Origin: an uncultured Spirochaetota bacterium
GTDB lineage: Bacteria; Spirochaetota; Brevinematia; Brevinematales; JAOACQ01
Direction: 5' to 3'
Length of the DNA stretch: 64,000 nt
Assembly (NCBI GenBank): GCA_963835575.1
Contig: CAWIGG010000002.1
Location: 544,001 to 608,000, forward strand
In this document: in pieces, positions 9,132 to 19,384 of the stretch
Layout: each line of letters begins with the position of its first letter
Position numbering within the stretch: position 1 is the stretch's first letter
Program-made: the position numbers and the translations under genes
The notes under the pieces: model-generated
Database searches by the model: none
What the model saw: the letters and a program-made list of their open reading frames with translations, nothing else
What the model was told of the DNA's origin: nothing

Positions 9132-11084
9132 ATGAAAAAGGATGTCGAAAAATATTCATTCCAGGCTGAATCAAAACAGCTTCTGAATCTCATGGTCCAT
9201 TCCATTTACACAAATAAGGAAATATTTTTAAGAGAGCTGATCTCAAACGCGTCCGATGCTATTGACAGGCTCCGCTTTGAATCCATTACAAAGCCTGAAC
9301 TTCTGAAAGCCGGCGCGCAATTTGAAATCCGTATAGAAGCGGACAAAAAAGCCGGGACCCTTACTGTCAGGGATAATGGGATCGGTATGAGTCATAAGGA
9401 GTTGATAGATCATATCGGCACCATCGCGAGGTCCGGTACACAGGAATTCATAAATAAATTAAAGGAAAGCAAAACCGATTCGTCAGTCAATGATATGATC
9501 GGTCAATTCGGCGTCGGTTTTTATTCGGCTTTTATGGCCGCTGATAAAGTCACCATTGAAACAAAAAAAGCGGGAGAGGAAGATTCATACCTGTGGGAAT
9601 CGGCGGGGGACGGTGAATATACTATCATTCCCGCGGAAAAAGAAAGCCATGGCACCGCAATAATCCTTCATTTAAAACCGGCCGATCCTGAAAACGGCCT
9701 TGAAGATTTTACGGATTATTATGTTGTCTCAAGCATTGTCAAGAAATATTCGGATTTTATTAATTATCCCATAATTATGAAAGAAGAAAGAGAGGAAATT
9801 GAAAAGGACGCGGAAGGCAAGCCGAAGAAAGACGGTAAAAAAGTCAATGTGGCAGAAGACAGGACGCTCAATTCCATGAAGCCGATCTGGACGAGGCCTC
9901 CCTCAGATGTGAAAGAAGAAGAATATAAGGAATTTTACAAGCATATCTCTCATGACTGGAATGAACCTCTGAAGACCATTTTTTACAGAGCCGAAGGAAC
10001 GCTTGAGTTTTACTCGCTTCTTTTTATTCCTTCCCGGGCGCCTTTTGATTTTTATTATCAGGGCTATAAAAGCGGCCTTCAGCTTTATGTAAAAAAAGTC
10101 CTGATCATGGAAGCGTTTGAGGATCTTCTTCCGAAATACCTCCGTTTTATGAAAGGCGTTGTGGAATCCTCCGACCTGCCGCTTAATATTTCACGTGAAT
10201 TACTGCAGCAGGACAGGAATGTCAGCCAGATGAAAAAGAGCCTGACTAAAAAAGTACTGGACAGCCTCCTGGAGATGTTTAATCAGGAAAAGGATATGTA
10301 TAAGAGCTTCTGGAAGGAGTTCGGCAACGCATTGAAGGAAGGCATTATTTCGGATTTTGAGAACCGGGAGAAAATAATCCCGTTATTGCTCTTTGAATCC
10401 ACCAATGATGCTGTTCTGCTGACAAATCTGGATGATTATATCGGGAGGATGAAAGAAGGGCAGAATGAGATTTATTATCTTACCGGCGAATCCAGGAATA
10501 TTGTTGAAAACTCTCCTCACCTCGAAGCATTAAAAGAAAAAGGTTATGAGGTTTTATTCCTGCTCAATCCCGTGGATGAGATTATGACCCAATACCTGAC
10601 GGAATACAAAGGCAAAAAAATAAAGTCGGCCGGTAAAGGGGAATTGGACCTGGGAAGCAAGGAAGAGAAGGAAAAAAGCGATAAGGAATTAAAAGATAAA
10701 CAGGGCGAATTCGGCGATCTCCTTAAATATCTGGGACAGAAACTGGATAAATATATTAAAGAGGTCAGGCTTTCCAACCGTCTTGTCACCGCACCGGCCT
10801 GCATTATCGGCGAGGAATATGACATCAGCCCTTATCTTGAGAAGATAATTAAAAAGGAATCGGAGCCTGGGGCTTCCATAAAAAAGAGGATTCTGGAGCT
10901 TAACCCCCAGCATTCGATCCTTTCAAAAATGAAAGCGCGTTTTATTAAAGATCAAAATGATCCCATTTTAGCCGATTATGCCGAGCTTCTTCTCGGCTAC
11001 GCGCTGCTTGCGGAAGGGGCGGATCTGCCCGATCCGGTAAGATTTAATCATCTTGTGGTTGATTTAATGGAGAGGAGCCTGTAA
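9132..11084 (+). CDS. htpG: Molecular chaperone HtpG (Hsp90)
   Basis: FQAE, YTNKEIFLRELISNASDA, DNGIGM, GTIARSGT, IGQFGVGFYS, DLPLNISRE. GGAGG RBS before ATG 9132. Confidence 0.97.
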   Translation: MKKDVEKYSFQAESKQLLNLMVHSIYTNKEIFLRELISNASDAIDRLRFESITKPELLKAGAQFEIRIEADKKAGTLTVRDNGIGMSHKELIDHIGTIARSGTQEFINKLKESKTDSSVNDMIGQFGVGFYSAFMAADKVTIETKKAGEEDSYLWESAGDGEYTIIPAEKESHGTAIILHLKPADPENGLEDFTDYYVVSSIVKKYSDFINYPIIMKEEREEIEKDAEGKPKKDGKKVNVAEDRTLNSMKPIWTRPPSDVKEEEYKEFYKHISHDWNEPLKTIFYRAEGTLEFYSLLFIPSRAPFDFYYQGYKSGLQLYVKKVLIMEAFEDLLPKYLRFMKGVVESSDLPLNISRELLQQDRNVSQMKKSLTKKVLDSLLEMFNQEKDMYKSFWKEFGNALKEGIISDFENREKIIPLLLFESTNDAVLLTNLDDYIGRMKEGQNEIYYLTGESRNIVENSPHLEALKEKGYEVLFLLNPVDEIMTQYLTEYKGKKIKSAGKGELDLGSKEEKEKSDKELKDKQGEFGDLLKYLGQKLDKYIKEVRLSNRLVTAPACIIGEEYDISPYLEKIIKKESEPGASIKKRILELNPQHSILSKMKARFIKDQNDPILADYAELLLGYALLAEGADLPDPVRFNHLVVDLMERSL

Positions 11085-11104
11085 TATAAATATCAGAAGA
11101 TATT

Positions 11105-12382
11105 ATGAGATTAAAAGAGATATTATTTACCCATAAAAAAAATGAAGTCCATAAAAAGCCCCGCTTCAGCGCCCTTGATATTTTAAAATATGTCGGGCCC
11201 GGGCTTCTTGTGACAGTGGGTTTTATCGATCCGGGCAATTGGGCCTGCAACATCTCGGCGGGTTCAGAGTACGGCTATTCGCTCCTCTGGATTATTTCGC
11301 TTTCCACTTTAATGCTCATTATTCTCCAGCATAATATCGCCCACCTCGGTATTGTTACCGGCAAATGCCTGTCTGAAGCGGCGAGCCAATATTTTCCCAG
11401 GGGGATTTCAATCCCTTTGCTTTCAACGGCAATGATAGCCTCTATTTCCACGTCGCTCGCTGAAATCCTCGGGGCTTCGATCGGGCTTTCCATGCTGACG
11501 AATATTCCTTATTTAATTTTGGCGCTGCTGGTTTCCGCGCTTATTCTGGTTATGCTGTTCACTAATTCTTATCGAAAGATCGAAAGATGGATAATCGGTT
11601 TTGTGTCCCTCATCGGGATTTCTTTTATTTATGAACTGACCCTGGTCAAAATAAACTGGCTTGATGCCGCTGTCAGTATGGTAAAGCCTGATTTTCCATC
11701 AGGAGCAATGTTGATTATTATGAGTGTTATGGGAGCGGTTGTCATGCCGCATAATTTATTCCTTCATTCGGAAATAATCCAGAGCCGGCAATGGAACCTC
11801 AAAAACGAGAAAATAATAAATAGACAGCTGAAATACGAATATTTCGATACAATCTTTTCCATGCTTGTCGGATGGGCAATCAACAGCGCGATGATACTTT
11901 TAGCCGCGGTATTTTTCCAGAAGCACATCGCTATCCAGGAATTGGGGCAGGCTTTTGAAATATTGAAGCCTCTTTTGGGTTCAAATTCCGCGTTAATATT
12001 TGCTCTGGCGCTCTTTTTTTCAGGGGTCGCTTCATGCATCACTTCCGGAATGGCAGGCGGGGTAATTTATGCCGGTATATTCGGCGAATCTTATGATATC
12101 AAGGATAAGCATACCTGGACCGGCGTGCTGATATCCATACTGGGAGCTTTTTTAATTCTCTTTTTTATAGATAATCCTCTTAAAGGTCTCATTATCTCTC
12201 AAATGATTTTGAGCATTCAATTGCCTTTTACGATTTTTCTTCAAATATACCTGACATCATCTAAGAAAGTCATGGGAAAATACGTCAATTCTCTTTTTAC
12301 AAAAATCATTTTATTTGCCATCGGAGCTGTTGTGGTATATTTGAATATCAGGCTGTTTATCAGTTTTATATTATCTAAATAA
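11105..12382 (+). CDS. mntH: Nramp-family divalent metal (Mn2+/Fe2+) transporter
   Basis: GPGLLVTVGFIDPGNW and GAVVMPHNLFLHS motifs; multiple TM segments. Confidence 0.92.
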   Translation: MRLKEILFTHKKNEVHKKPRFSALDILKYVGPGLLVTVGFIDPGNWACNISAGSEYGYSLLWIISLSTLMLIILQHNIAHLGIVTGKCLSEAASQYFPRGISIPLLSTAMIASISTSLAEILGASIGLSMLTNIPYLILALLVSALILVMLFTNSYRKIERWIIGFVSLIGISFIYELTLVKINWLDAAVSMVKPDFPSGAMLIIMSVMGAVVMPHNLFLHSEIIQSRQWNLKNEKIINRQLKYEYFDTIFSMLVGWAINSAMILLAAVFFQKHIAIQELGQAFEILKPLLGSNSALIFALALFFSGVASCITSGMAGGVIYAGIFGESYDIKDKHTWTGVLISILGAFLILFFIDNPLKGLIISQMILSIQLPFTIFLQIYLTSSKKVMGKYVNSLFTKIILFAIGAVVVYLNIRLFISFILSK

Positions 12383-12385
12383 AAA

Positions 12386-12457
12386 GCGGTTCCAATCCCT
12401 CACCATTCTGTTAGCATTGCTGGATAGGCCAGACAAAATGGTGAGGGATGAAATCGC
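12386..12457. repeat. REP/MITE-like long palindrome, copy 1
   Basis: Arms ATCCCTCACCATT / AATGGTGAGGGAT; related copy at 29739-29809. Confidence 0.7.
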
Positions 12458-12621
12458 CGATATTGTCCCGAATCATGCGGCCGCTAAGTTCGCTTTGCGA
12501 ACTCCACAGCTTGCCCTGAGTGATAACGAATGGGCGGCAGCGCCATTAACTTTAACAAAAAGTTTTTTATTATTAAGGCAATTCCAAAAACTTAAAGTTT
12601 TTGGAATTGCTTAATTCCTTT

Positions 12622-14298
12622 CTAAGGTTCATAATGCTTGCCTTTTTCTTTTTCCCTTATCTCAACCCGGCGGATCTTTCCGCTGATGGTTTTCGGGAGT
12701 TCAGTGACAAATTCAATAATGCGCGGGTATTTATACGGGGCCGTCACTTTTTTAACATGCTCCTGCAGTTCTGTTTTCAAAACATCGCTGGCAGTATAAC
12801 CCTTCGCAAGGACTACGGTAGCTTTCACAACCTGCCCTCTGTCGGGGTCGGGTTCGCCGGTTATGGCGCATTCCAGAACGGCCGGGTGCTCAAGAAGGGC
12901 GCTTTCCACTTCAAAGGGCCCGATGCGGTAGCCTGAACTCTTGATAAGATCGTCAGCCCGGCCGACAAACCAGTAAAAACCGTCTTCGTCGCGCCAGGCC
13001 ATATCGCCCGTATAATAATAGTTATCATGCCAGGATTTTTTAGTCAGCGCCGCGTCCCGGTAATAGCCTTCAAAAATTCCCCAAGGTTTATGCTGGTCGG
13101 TTCGGAGAGCGATCTGGCCTTCCTCGCCGGTCTCGCATGGCTTTCCCTCGTCGTTAAAAAGCACCACTTCATATCCGGGGGAGGGTTTGCCCATTGAGCC
13201 GGGTTTGGGTTCCATACCGGTAAAGTTAGCGATTGAGACAACCAGTTCGGTCTGTCCGTATCCTTCCATCAGCTTCAGGCCGGTCGCTTTCAAAAATTGC
13301 GTATAAACTTCGGGATTCAGCGGTTCTCCGGCGACCGTGCAGTATTTCAGCTTGGAAAAGTTGTATTTAGACAGGTCTTCTTTAATGAGGTAGCGGAATA
13401 TTGTCGGCGGCGAGCAAAATGATGTCACTCCGTATTTTTCAACGACATCAAGCAGGTCTTTCGGCTTGAATTTCGAGCCGTAATCATAGACAAAAACAGC
13501 GCAGCCGCAGATCCATTGGCCGTAAATTTTACCCCAGGCGGATTTTGCCCAGCCTGTATCAGAAACTGTCAGATGAAGTCCGTCGTTTGCCACATTCTGC
13601 CAGTACTGCGCCGTTATAATATGGCCGAGGGGATATGTAAAATTATGGGCCACCATTTTCGGCATTCCGGTTGTGCCCGAAGTAAAATAGAGAAGAAGCA
13701 TATCGGTATTTTTTGACGCTTCCGAGCCTGCCGGCCGTTTAAAATCCGGGGATGCTTTTTCTATTTCGCTGTCGAAATCATACCACCCCTTTCTTTTCTC
13801 ACCCTCGATAACGACTTTCAATTTAAGGGTGGGGGATTTTTCCTGCGATTCATCTATATGGTCCAGAACATCCTTATCACCGACGGATACAATCATTTTA
13901 ATATCAGCCGCGTTATTACGGTATATGATATCTTTTGTTGTCAGAAGATGCGTCGCCGGGATTGCGACAGCGCCGATTTTATGAAGCGCAAGTATTGAAA
14001 ACCAGAATTGATAACGGCGCTTGAGAACCAGCATAACAGGATCGCCTTTCTTAATTCCGAGGGATTTGAAAAAAGATGCAGTTTTATCGCTTATTTCTTT
14101 AAGCTGGCTGAAAGTATAAGTTGCTTCCCGGCCGTTATCGTCACACCAGACCAGCGCTTTTTTATCAGGATCGGTCTTTGCCCATTCATCAACGATATCA
14201 AAAGCAAAATTAAAATTCTCCGGTATTTTGATCTTAAAATTAGAGTAAAAATCCTCATAATCTTTAAATTTAATTTGATTCACAAATTTATTTAACAT
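12622..14298 (-). CDS. AMP-forming acyl-CoA (acetyl-/short-chain) synthetase
   Basis: [67 protein letters not shown] 14298 follows GGAAGG. Confidence 0.92.
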   Translation of the reverse strand: MLNKFVNQIKFKDYEDFYSNFKIKIPENFNFAFDIVDEWAKTDPDKKALVWCDDNGREATYTFSQLKEISDKTASFFKSLGIKKGDPVMLVLKRRYQFWFSILALHKIGAVAIPATHLLTTKDIIYRNNAADIKMIVSVGDKDVLDHIDESQEKSPTLKLKVVIEGEKRKGWYDFDSEIEKASPDFKRPAGSEASKNTDMLLLYFTSGTTGMPKMVAHNFTYPLGHIITAQYWQNVANDGLHLTVSDTGWAKSAWGKIYGQWICGCAVFVYDYGSKFKPKDLLDVVEKYGVTSFCSPPTIFRYLIKEDLSKYNFSKLKYCTVAGEPLNPEVYTQFLKATGLKLMEGYGQTELVVSIANFTGMEPKPGSMGKPSPGYEVVLFNDEGKPCETGEEGQIALRTDQHKPWGIFEGYYRDAALTKKSWHDNYYYTGDMAWRDEDGFYWFVGRADDLIKSSGYRIGPFEVESALLEHPAVLECAITGEPDPDRGQVVKATVVLAKGYTASDVLKTELQEHVKKVTAPYKYPRIIEFVTELPKTISGKIRRVEIREKEKGKHYEP

Positions 14299-14764
14299 AT
14301 TCACCTTCCTATTATATAACCATAGCCAGGAATCTGGCCGGTTTATTTTTTAATGCGAGCATGGCATGCTTATGACCGGAGTCAAAATATAGACTGTCGC
14401 CTTCCTCCAGCGTCACTTCATGAGAATCAATAAATACCTTAAGAGTCCCTTCCAGTACATAATTAAACTCCTGTCCGGCGTGCGAATAAAAATGGGAAGG
14501 CTTTTCGGTATTAACAGGCTCAACAGTAACAAGGAACACCTCAGCCTTTTTGCCGATAAAATTATAGCTGAGGTCCTGGTATTTATATTCTTTCCGGCGG
14601 TCAATGGAGAATCCTTTGCCCTTATGAACGACACTGAATATTTTAAGCTTGGGTTCTTCACCGGTTATGAGTGCTGTCATATCCACATTAAATTTACCGG
14701 CTATCTGAAAAAGAAAGCCGAGCGGTATATCTGAATTTCCGCTCTCATACTTTTCATAATCATC

Positions 14765-16439
14765 TTGCCTGTCGGTTATTTCATTTTCGGAGTCAAACCA
14801 GCCCCTTACAATAAGCGGGCAAATAAAAATTTTGTCAGCTTAGCTGATTTTAATAATAAATTTCGAATAATCGATACTCAGACTATACAAAATCCTCTCT
14901 ATTTTCTCAAATATTGGGCATATTTCATAAAATTATGCGCAAGGGATACCCAGCATAGCTCCAAATTCACTTTCCGTTGACCTCTGTAAACTGTCTGAAC
15001 ATAACCCTTCTGTGTTTTGATGTTTGAAAATACGTGTTCTTTACCTATCCTGCGGTTGTATATCTTTTGCCCTTCTTCGCTGTAAAGTTTTGTTAAATAA
15101 GCATCAATCTTAGACCGATTATTCAATTCAAACTCACTGAAAATTACTGTCTTTTGCTGTGTTTTCGGTTTGATGTTTTTATAACACTCACTGAAAAATG
15201 GACATCTTTCACAGCCCTTCCGTGAATACAAAAATGTATATCTTTGGTTATTTCGATCTAAATACCCATTTTCCTTACGGCCGCCCCGGCATCCCAGGAT
15301 ATATTCGTCATCAATCTTTTCCAGTTTAAAGTCTCTTCGCTTCTGTGATTTATCACTGAAATCCCGCTCTTTCGTATCCACATAAAGGTCTTTTCCTTCC
15401 TCCACCATCCGGATTGTCTCTTCCATGTCCTGAAAACCCGAATCAAAAAGGTATTTGCTAGCCTTATCAACTTTTAATTCCGCTTTTTTCTGTTCCACCC
15501 TCTTTACCATTTCTTCCGTATGCTGTTTTTCCGGTGTTGTGATTGCTTCAAAATCTATAATCACATCATTATTACTGACCATCATCGCCGAATTATATCC
15601 CTGTATAAACACACTATGCGGATTTCCAGACATCAGCTTGCTTTCGGGATCAGTCAGGTTGGTGAATTCTTCGTCTGTCTTTTCCCCTCTCTCTACCTGT
15701 TTTTTGTATTCATCGATTTGGTTCAAAACACTATCGTAAATCTTTTTCCGCCTTGATACCCGCTTCTTCTCCGCTTCGTAATAAGGCTGCTCCAGCTTGC
15801 CTTCCCGGTAAGATTCTTCCAGTTCCAGGTCTTGTTTCACAATCTTTTCCGCCATCTTCTGGTAAGTGTCCATCAGCTTCCGGGTATGTTTCTTTCCCAC
15901 ATTCTTATTCTTACTCGCGTAGGCCTTGATCTTTGTGCCGTCACCCACTACCATGTCCCAATCTATAGACCCCATTTCGTTGAGTATATATAAAAGCTGG
16001 CTGAACAACTCCTCGATCTTTTCCTGAAAAAGTACCTTGAACTCGCAAATTACCGAATGGTCAATTTTCAGCCGGTTTGAAACATACATAAACCCAATGT
16101 GTTTTTTCAGCAAATCTTCTATCTTTCGGCTGATACGATTTCCCGTAATGTAACCGTAGAGTACCGCACAGATCACATCCCGAGGATTTTTAATCTCTCT
16201 GCCTCTATGGTCGTTCTTATAGTAAGCCGCGAAATCCTCCAGTTTAATACGGTTTTTGATGAATTCTTTTAGTATAAATTCTCTGGAATTCTCATCAAAC
16301 TGCTCGCCTATATTGATCGCGAGGAACTCACCCTGCTCCAGGCTGTTCTTTTCAAATCTTGCCATCTTTTTCTCCCGTTTTATTTTAACGGGAACCCTGC
16401 CGTATGTCCATGAAGCATGTTATAAAAACCGACAGGCAA
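14765..16439 (-). mobile_element. IS1182-family insertion sequence (1675 bp)
   Basis: 13-bp perfect IR TTGCCTGTCGGTT; 4-bp target duplication CATC (14761-14764 and 16440-16443). Confidence 0.92.
14899..16365 (-). CDS. IS1182-family DDE transposase, apparently intact
   Basis: LYGY..SRKIE, DHSVICEF, DGTKIKAYAS, TDPESKLM, QGYN, DSGF, EHVFSNIK, LAHN. Confidence 0.88.
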   Translation of the reverse strand: MARFEKNSLEQGEFLAINIGEQFDENSREFILKEFIKNRIKLEDFAAYYKNDHRGREIKNPRDVICAVLYGYITGNRISRKIEDLLKKHIGFMYVSNRLKIDHSVICEFKVLFQEKIEELFSQLLYILNEMGSIDWDMVVGDGTKIKAYASKNKNVGKKHTRKLMDTYQKMAEKIVKQDLELEESYREGKLEQPYYEAEKKRVSRRKKIYDSVLNQIDEYKKQVERGEKTDEEFTNLTDPESKLMSGNPHSVFIQGYNSAMMVSNNDVIIDFEAITTPEKQHTEEMVKRVEQKKAELKVDKASKYLFDSGFQDMEETIRMVEEGKDLYVDTKERDFSDKSQKRRDFKLEKIDDEYILGCRGGRKENGYLDRNNQRYTFLYSRKGCERCPFFSECYKNIKPKTQQKTVIFSEFELNNRSKIDAYLTKLYSEEGQKIYNRRIGKEHVFSNIKTQKGYVQTVYRGQRKVNLELCWVSLAHNFMKYAQYLRK

Positions 16440-16833
16440 CATCAATGGAGACATGGAATTCTTTAACCAGCGTTTCAATAGAAATTCCATTGATATCGCG
16501 CAGTTCTTTAATGCGCTCCGCAATGTTTTTCATATCCGGGGTCATAAAAACCTCCTTAATAATATAAAGTAATTATAATATTTAAGCCTTAAAGATATCG
16601 TTTTCATTTGATTATTGGATGTCTTTATAATTATGAACTTGTTTATTAAAATAATAAATAATCAAAAACAAGGCATAAATTATATAATTATTCCATTAAA
16701 AGTCAATAGGAAGATATCAGCTTTTTTATAATATTTTAATAATTTTGCCTGTTTTACCGGGATGACAAAACCTTATATAAAGAATAATTGATAAATTATG
16801 GATTTTTCTTTAAAATCTTTAAGCCTTATTTTT

Positions 16834-16908
16834 CGGGCTGTAGCGCAGTTTGGCTAGCGCGCTTGGTTCGGGACCAAGAAGCCGAGGGTTCAAATCCCTC
16901 CAGCCCGA
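16834..16908 (+). tRNA. tRNA-Pro(CGG), CCA not encoded
   Basis: Acceptor CGGGCTG/CAGCCCG, D-arm, anticodon arm CTTGG-TTCGGGA-CCAAG, T-loop GGTTCAAATCC. Confidence 0.95.
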
Positions 16909-16955
16909 ATTTTTTTATCATTTTAAATATCTTTCCTATCAAAAAATAAAAATGA

Positions 16956-17065
16956 TCTAAACTGAGTGAAGTATTTATAGTGTATATACTTGCAGATTCG
17001 TACCCTCTATGGGGAATGAATTTGCTATTTAATAAGCTTTTGCTGAAAGAATCGCTTAATTCGGG
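16956..17065. mobile_element. Degenerate MITE related to the ends of the IS1380 at 46703-48393
   Basis: Left CTAAACTGAGTGA vs IS CTAAACTGAGCGA; right AAAGAATCGCTTAATTCGGG vs IS AAAGAATCGCTCAGTTTAGG. No TSD seen. Confidence 0.55.
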
Positions 17066-17087
17066 TATAAAAAAATCTCTTAAAACT

Positions 17088-17115
17088 CTAATCGAAATCT
17101 ACTTTCTACCGAAAA
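17088..17115 (+). promoter_or_regulatory. Possible sigma28 (FliA)-type promoter of flaB
   Basis: CTAA-N16-ACCGAAAA resembles TAAA-N15/16-GCCGATAA. Confidence 0.4.
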
Positions 17116-17126
17116 AATAAATAGGC

Positions 17127-17146
17127 CGAGAACAAGGATGTTCTCG
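17127..17146 (+). promoter_or_regulatory. CsrA-type binding hairpin in the flaB leader
   Basis: CGAGAACA-AGGA-TGTTCTCG puts GGA in the loop; further GGA motifs overlap the SD (AAGGAGGATG). Confidence 0.75.
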
Positions 17147-17167
17147 AGTATTATCAAGGAGGATGGT

Positions 17168-18040
17168 ATGATTATCAACCACAACATCAGTGCCATTTTT
17201 ACCCAAAGACAGCTCTTTATTAACAACAGGGACAGCGACAAGGGCATTGAAAGGCTTTCTTCAGGTATGCGCATCAACAAAGCAGGCGACGACGCTTCCG
17301 GTCTTGCTGTATCGGAAAAAATGCGGAGTCAGATCCAGGGTTTAAAAAGAGCCCAGATGAACGTGATGGACGGGGTCTCTTTTCTTCAGACTGCCGAAGG
17401 TTATCTGGAGGAAACCCACACAATCCTGCAGCGTTTGAGAGAATTGGCGGTTCAGGCTTCCAACGGAATTTACAGCACGGAAGACAGAATGCAGATCCAG
17501 GTGGAAGTTTCCGAGCTTATCGCCGAAATTGACAGGATCGCTTCTCATGCTCAGTTCAACGGTATGAACCTGCTGACCGGAAGGTTTGCACGTCCTACAG
17601 GTGAAAACACTGTTATGGCCAGTATCTGGCTGCATGTCGGCGCGAATATGGACCAGAGGATCAGATTGTACATTGGTACAATGGGTTCTCAGGGCCTTGG
17701 CTTAAAATCTCCTGTTGGTAACGCTGCAACAGCATCTTTTGTCAGCTTGAGCACACCGGACAAGGCGAATATGACAATCGGTCTGGTTGACCTTGCTCTG
17801 ACCAAAGTATCCAAGCAGAGAGCGGATATGGGCGCTTACCAGAACAGACTTGAAAAGGCTTCTGTCGGTTTATTGGTCGGTTATCAAAACATGCAGTCCG
17901 CTGAATCCAGAATCAGAGACTCGGATATGGCAGAAGAGATGTCCTTCTTTGTCCGGTCGCAAATTCTGTCTCAGGCCGCTACTGCTATGCTTTCTCAGGC
18001 AAATCAGAAACCGCAGATGATGCTCCAATTATTGAGATAA
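17168..18040 (+). CDS. flaB: Periplasmic flagellar filament core protein (flagellin FlaB)
   Basis: [57 protein letters not shown]; about 290 aa, spirochete type. Confidence 0.95.
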   Translation: MIINHNISAIFTQRQLFINNRDSDKGIERLSSGMRINKAGDDASGLAVSEKMRSQIQGLKRAQMNVMDGVSFLQTAEGYLEETHTILQRLRELAVQASNGIYSTEDRMQIQVEVSELIAEIDRIASHAQFNGMNLLTGRFARPTGENTVMASIWLHVGANMDQRIRLYIGTMGSQGLGLKSPVGNAATASFVSLSTPDKANMTIGLVDLALTKVSKQRADMGAYQNRLEKASVGLLVGYQNMQSAESRIRDSDMAEEMSFFVRSQILSQAATAMLSQANQKPQMMLQLLR

Positions 18041-18051
18041 TCAAAAAAAAT

Positions 18052-18078
18052 AAAAGCGGCGCTTATGCGCCGCTTTTA
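18052..18078 (+). terminator. Intrinsic terminator after flaB
   Basis: AAAAGCGGCGC-TTAT-GCGCCGCTTTT. Confidence 0.85.
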
Positions 18079-18083
18079 CTTAT

Positions 18084-19366
18084 GGGCGGTTTGAAAAACC
18101 CACGTATCATATACAAATAGTATATAAAAACATATAATCATAGTCAAAAAAAACAGAGGTAAGGCTATGACAAAAATTAAGCGGAAAGACCGTAACTTGT
18201 TTGAATATCAGGAGCGGATGGAAAAGCTAAGCAGCGTAAAAACACCGCTGGATAAGCTTAACAGGGTTGTAGACTTTGAGATGTTCCGGCCGCTGTTAAC
18301 AGAGATTTTGGCGCCGAAAGAGCAGAAGGCGCCGGGTGGAGCGCCACATTATGACTATGTTTTCATGTTCAAGATACTGATATTCCAGAGGTATTACAAT
18401 CTTTCCGATGAGCAAGCGGAATTTCAGATCAATGACAGGTTATCCGTTCAGCGATATCTTGGGATAACACTTTCGGACAAAGTTCCGGACTACAGTAAAA
18501 TCTGGGAATTCAAGGAAAAACTGATGAAAGCGAAAGCAATAGAGAAACTTTTTAAAATATTCGATGAGAATCTTGAGAATAAAGGTGTGATAGGGAAAGC
18601 GGGCGTTATGGTAGACGCAAGTTTTGTGGATGTTCCCCGGCAGAGGAACAGCCGCGAAGAAAACAAGAAAATAAAAGAAGGCGAGGTTCCGGAAGATTGG
18701 AAAGATAATACGCATAAGCTTTCCCATAAAGACACGGATGCGCGCTGGATGACCAAGAATAAAGAGAGGCATTACGGATACAAAAACCATACAAAGGTTG
18801 ATGTGAAGTCAAAACTTATTCGTTCTTATGCACGACAGATGCGAGCGTTCACGATTCACAGGTAGTTGAACCTCTATTGAATGAGAAAGACAAAGGGAAG
18901 CCGTTTTACGCGGACAGCGCATATGTTGGCCCAACGGTAGCAGGAATATTAGAAAAATTTGAGATGAAAAACCGGATTCACGAAAAAGGATACAGAAATA
19001 AGCCATTGACGGAGAAGCAGAAAGAAAAAAATAGAAGAAAGAGCCGCATCCGAGTTCGTGTTGAGCATGTTTTTGGTTTTGTTGAAAATAGTATGAACGG
19101 CAGTACAATACGATCGATAGGAAAAGAAAGGGCAGAGAGCCAAATCGGGCTGATGAATCTGGTTTATAATTTAGCACGGTATGTTGTGGTAAAAGGTCGA
19201 ATTGCGTCTTGTGCGGCTTAAAATGCAGAAGATATGGATAATATTGCCCGTGTTTGCCTGAATTTTGGTAATAGAAACAGTTTTTAACCTGTTGGCAGAA
19301 ATATTTTGAAAATATTTTCTATTATCAGGAAAGTGTTGATAAATTAGACGGTTTTTAAAACCGCCC
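18084..19366 (+). mobile_element. IS5-family insertion sequence (1283 bp)
   Basis: IR GGGCGGTTTGAAAAACC / GGTTTTTAAAACCGCCC; TTAT duplicated at 18080-18083 and 19367-19370. Confidence 0.92.
18167..19221 (+). pseudogene. IS5-family transposase with a 1-nt deletion near 18832
   Basis: YNLSD, VDASFV, DTDARW, YGYKNH in the first frame; TDASVHDSQ, YADSAY, RVRVEHVFG in the shifted frame. Confidence 0.85.
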
Positions 19367-19384
19367 TTATTATAAATATTAAAT

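Larger units (their letters stand above)
14312..16545 (-). pseudogene. XRE-HTH + cupin transcriptional regulator interrupted by an IS1182-family element
   Basis: 5' part 16440-16545 (GGAGG, MTPDMKNIAERIKELRDING) and 3' part 14312-14764 (YEKYESGNSDIP...HAGQEFNYVLEG) join in frame once the IS and one CATC copy are removed. Confidence 0.92.

Noticed and set aside
12386..12457. Integron attC site (also 29739-29809)
   Set aside because: No RYYYAAC/GTTRRRY ends, no cassette array and no integrase.
18820..18870. Programmed ribosomal frameshift in the IS5 transposase
   Set aside because: No slippery run at the shift point; a single missing base explains it.
14765..19366. tRNA-anchored genomic island
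   Set aside because: No integrase and no duplicated tRNA 3' end seen; flaB is a core gene and each IS has its own TSD.
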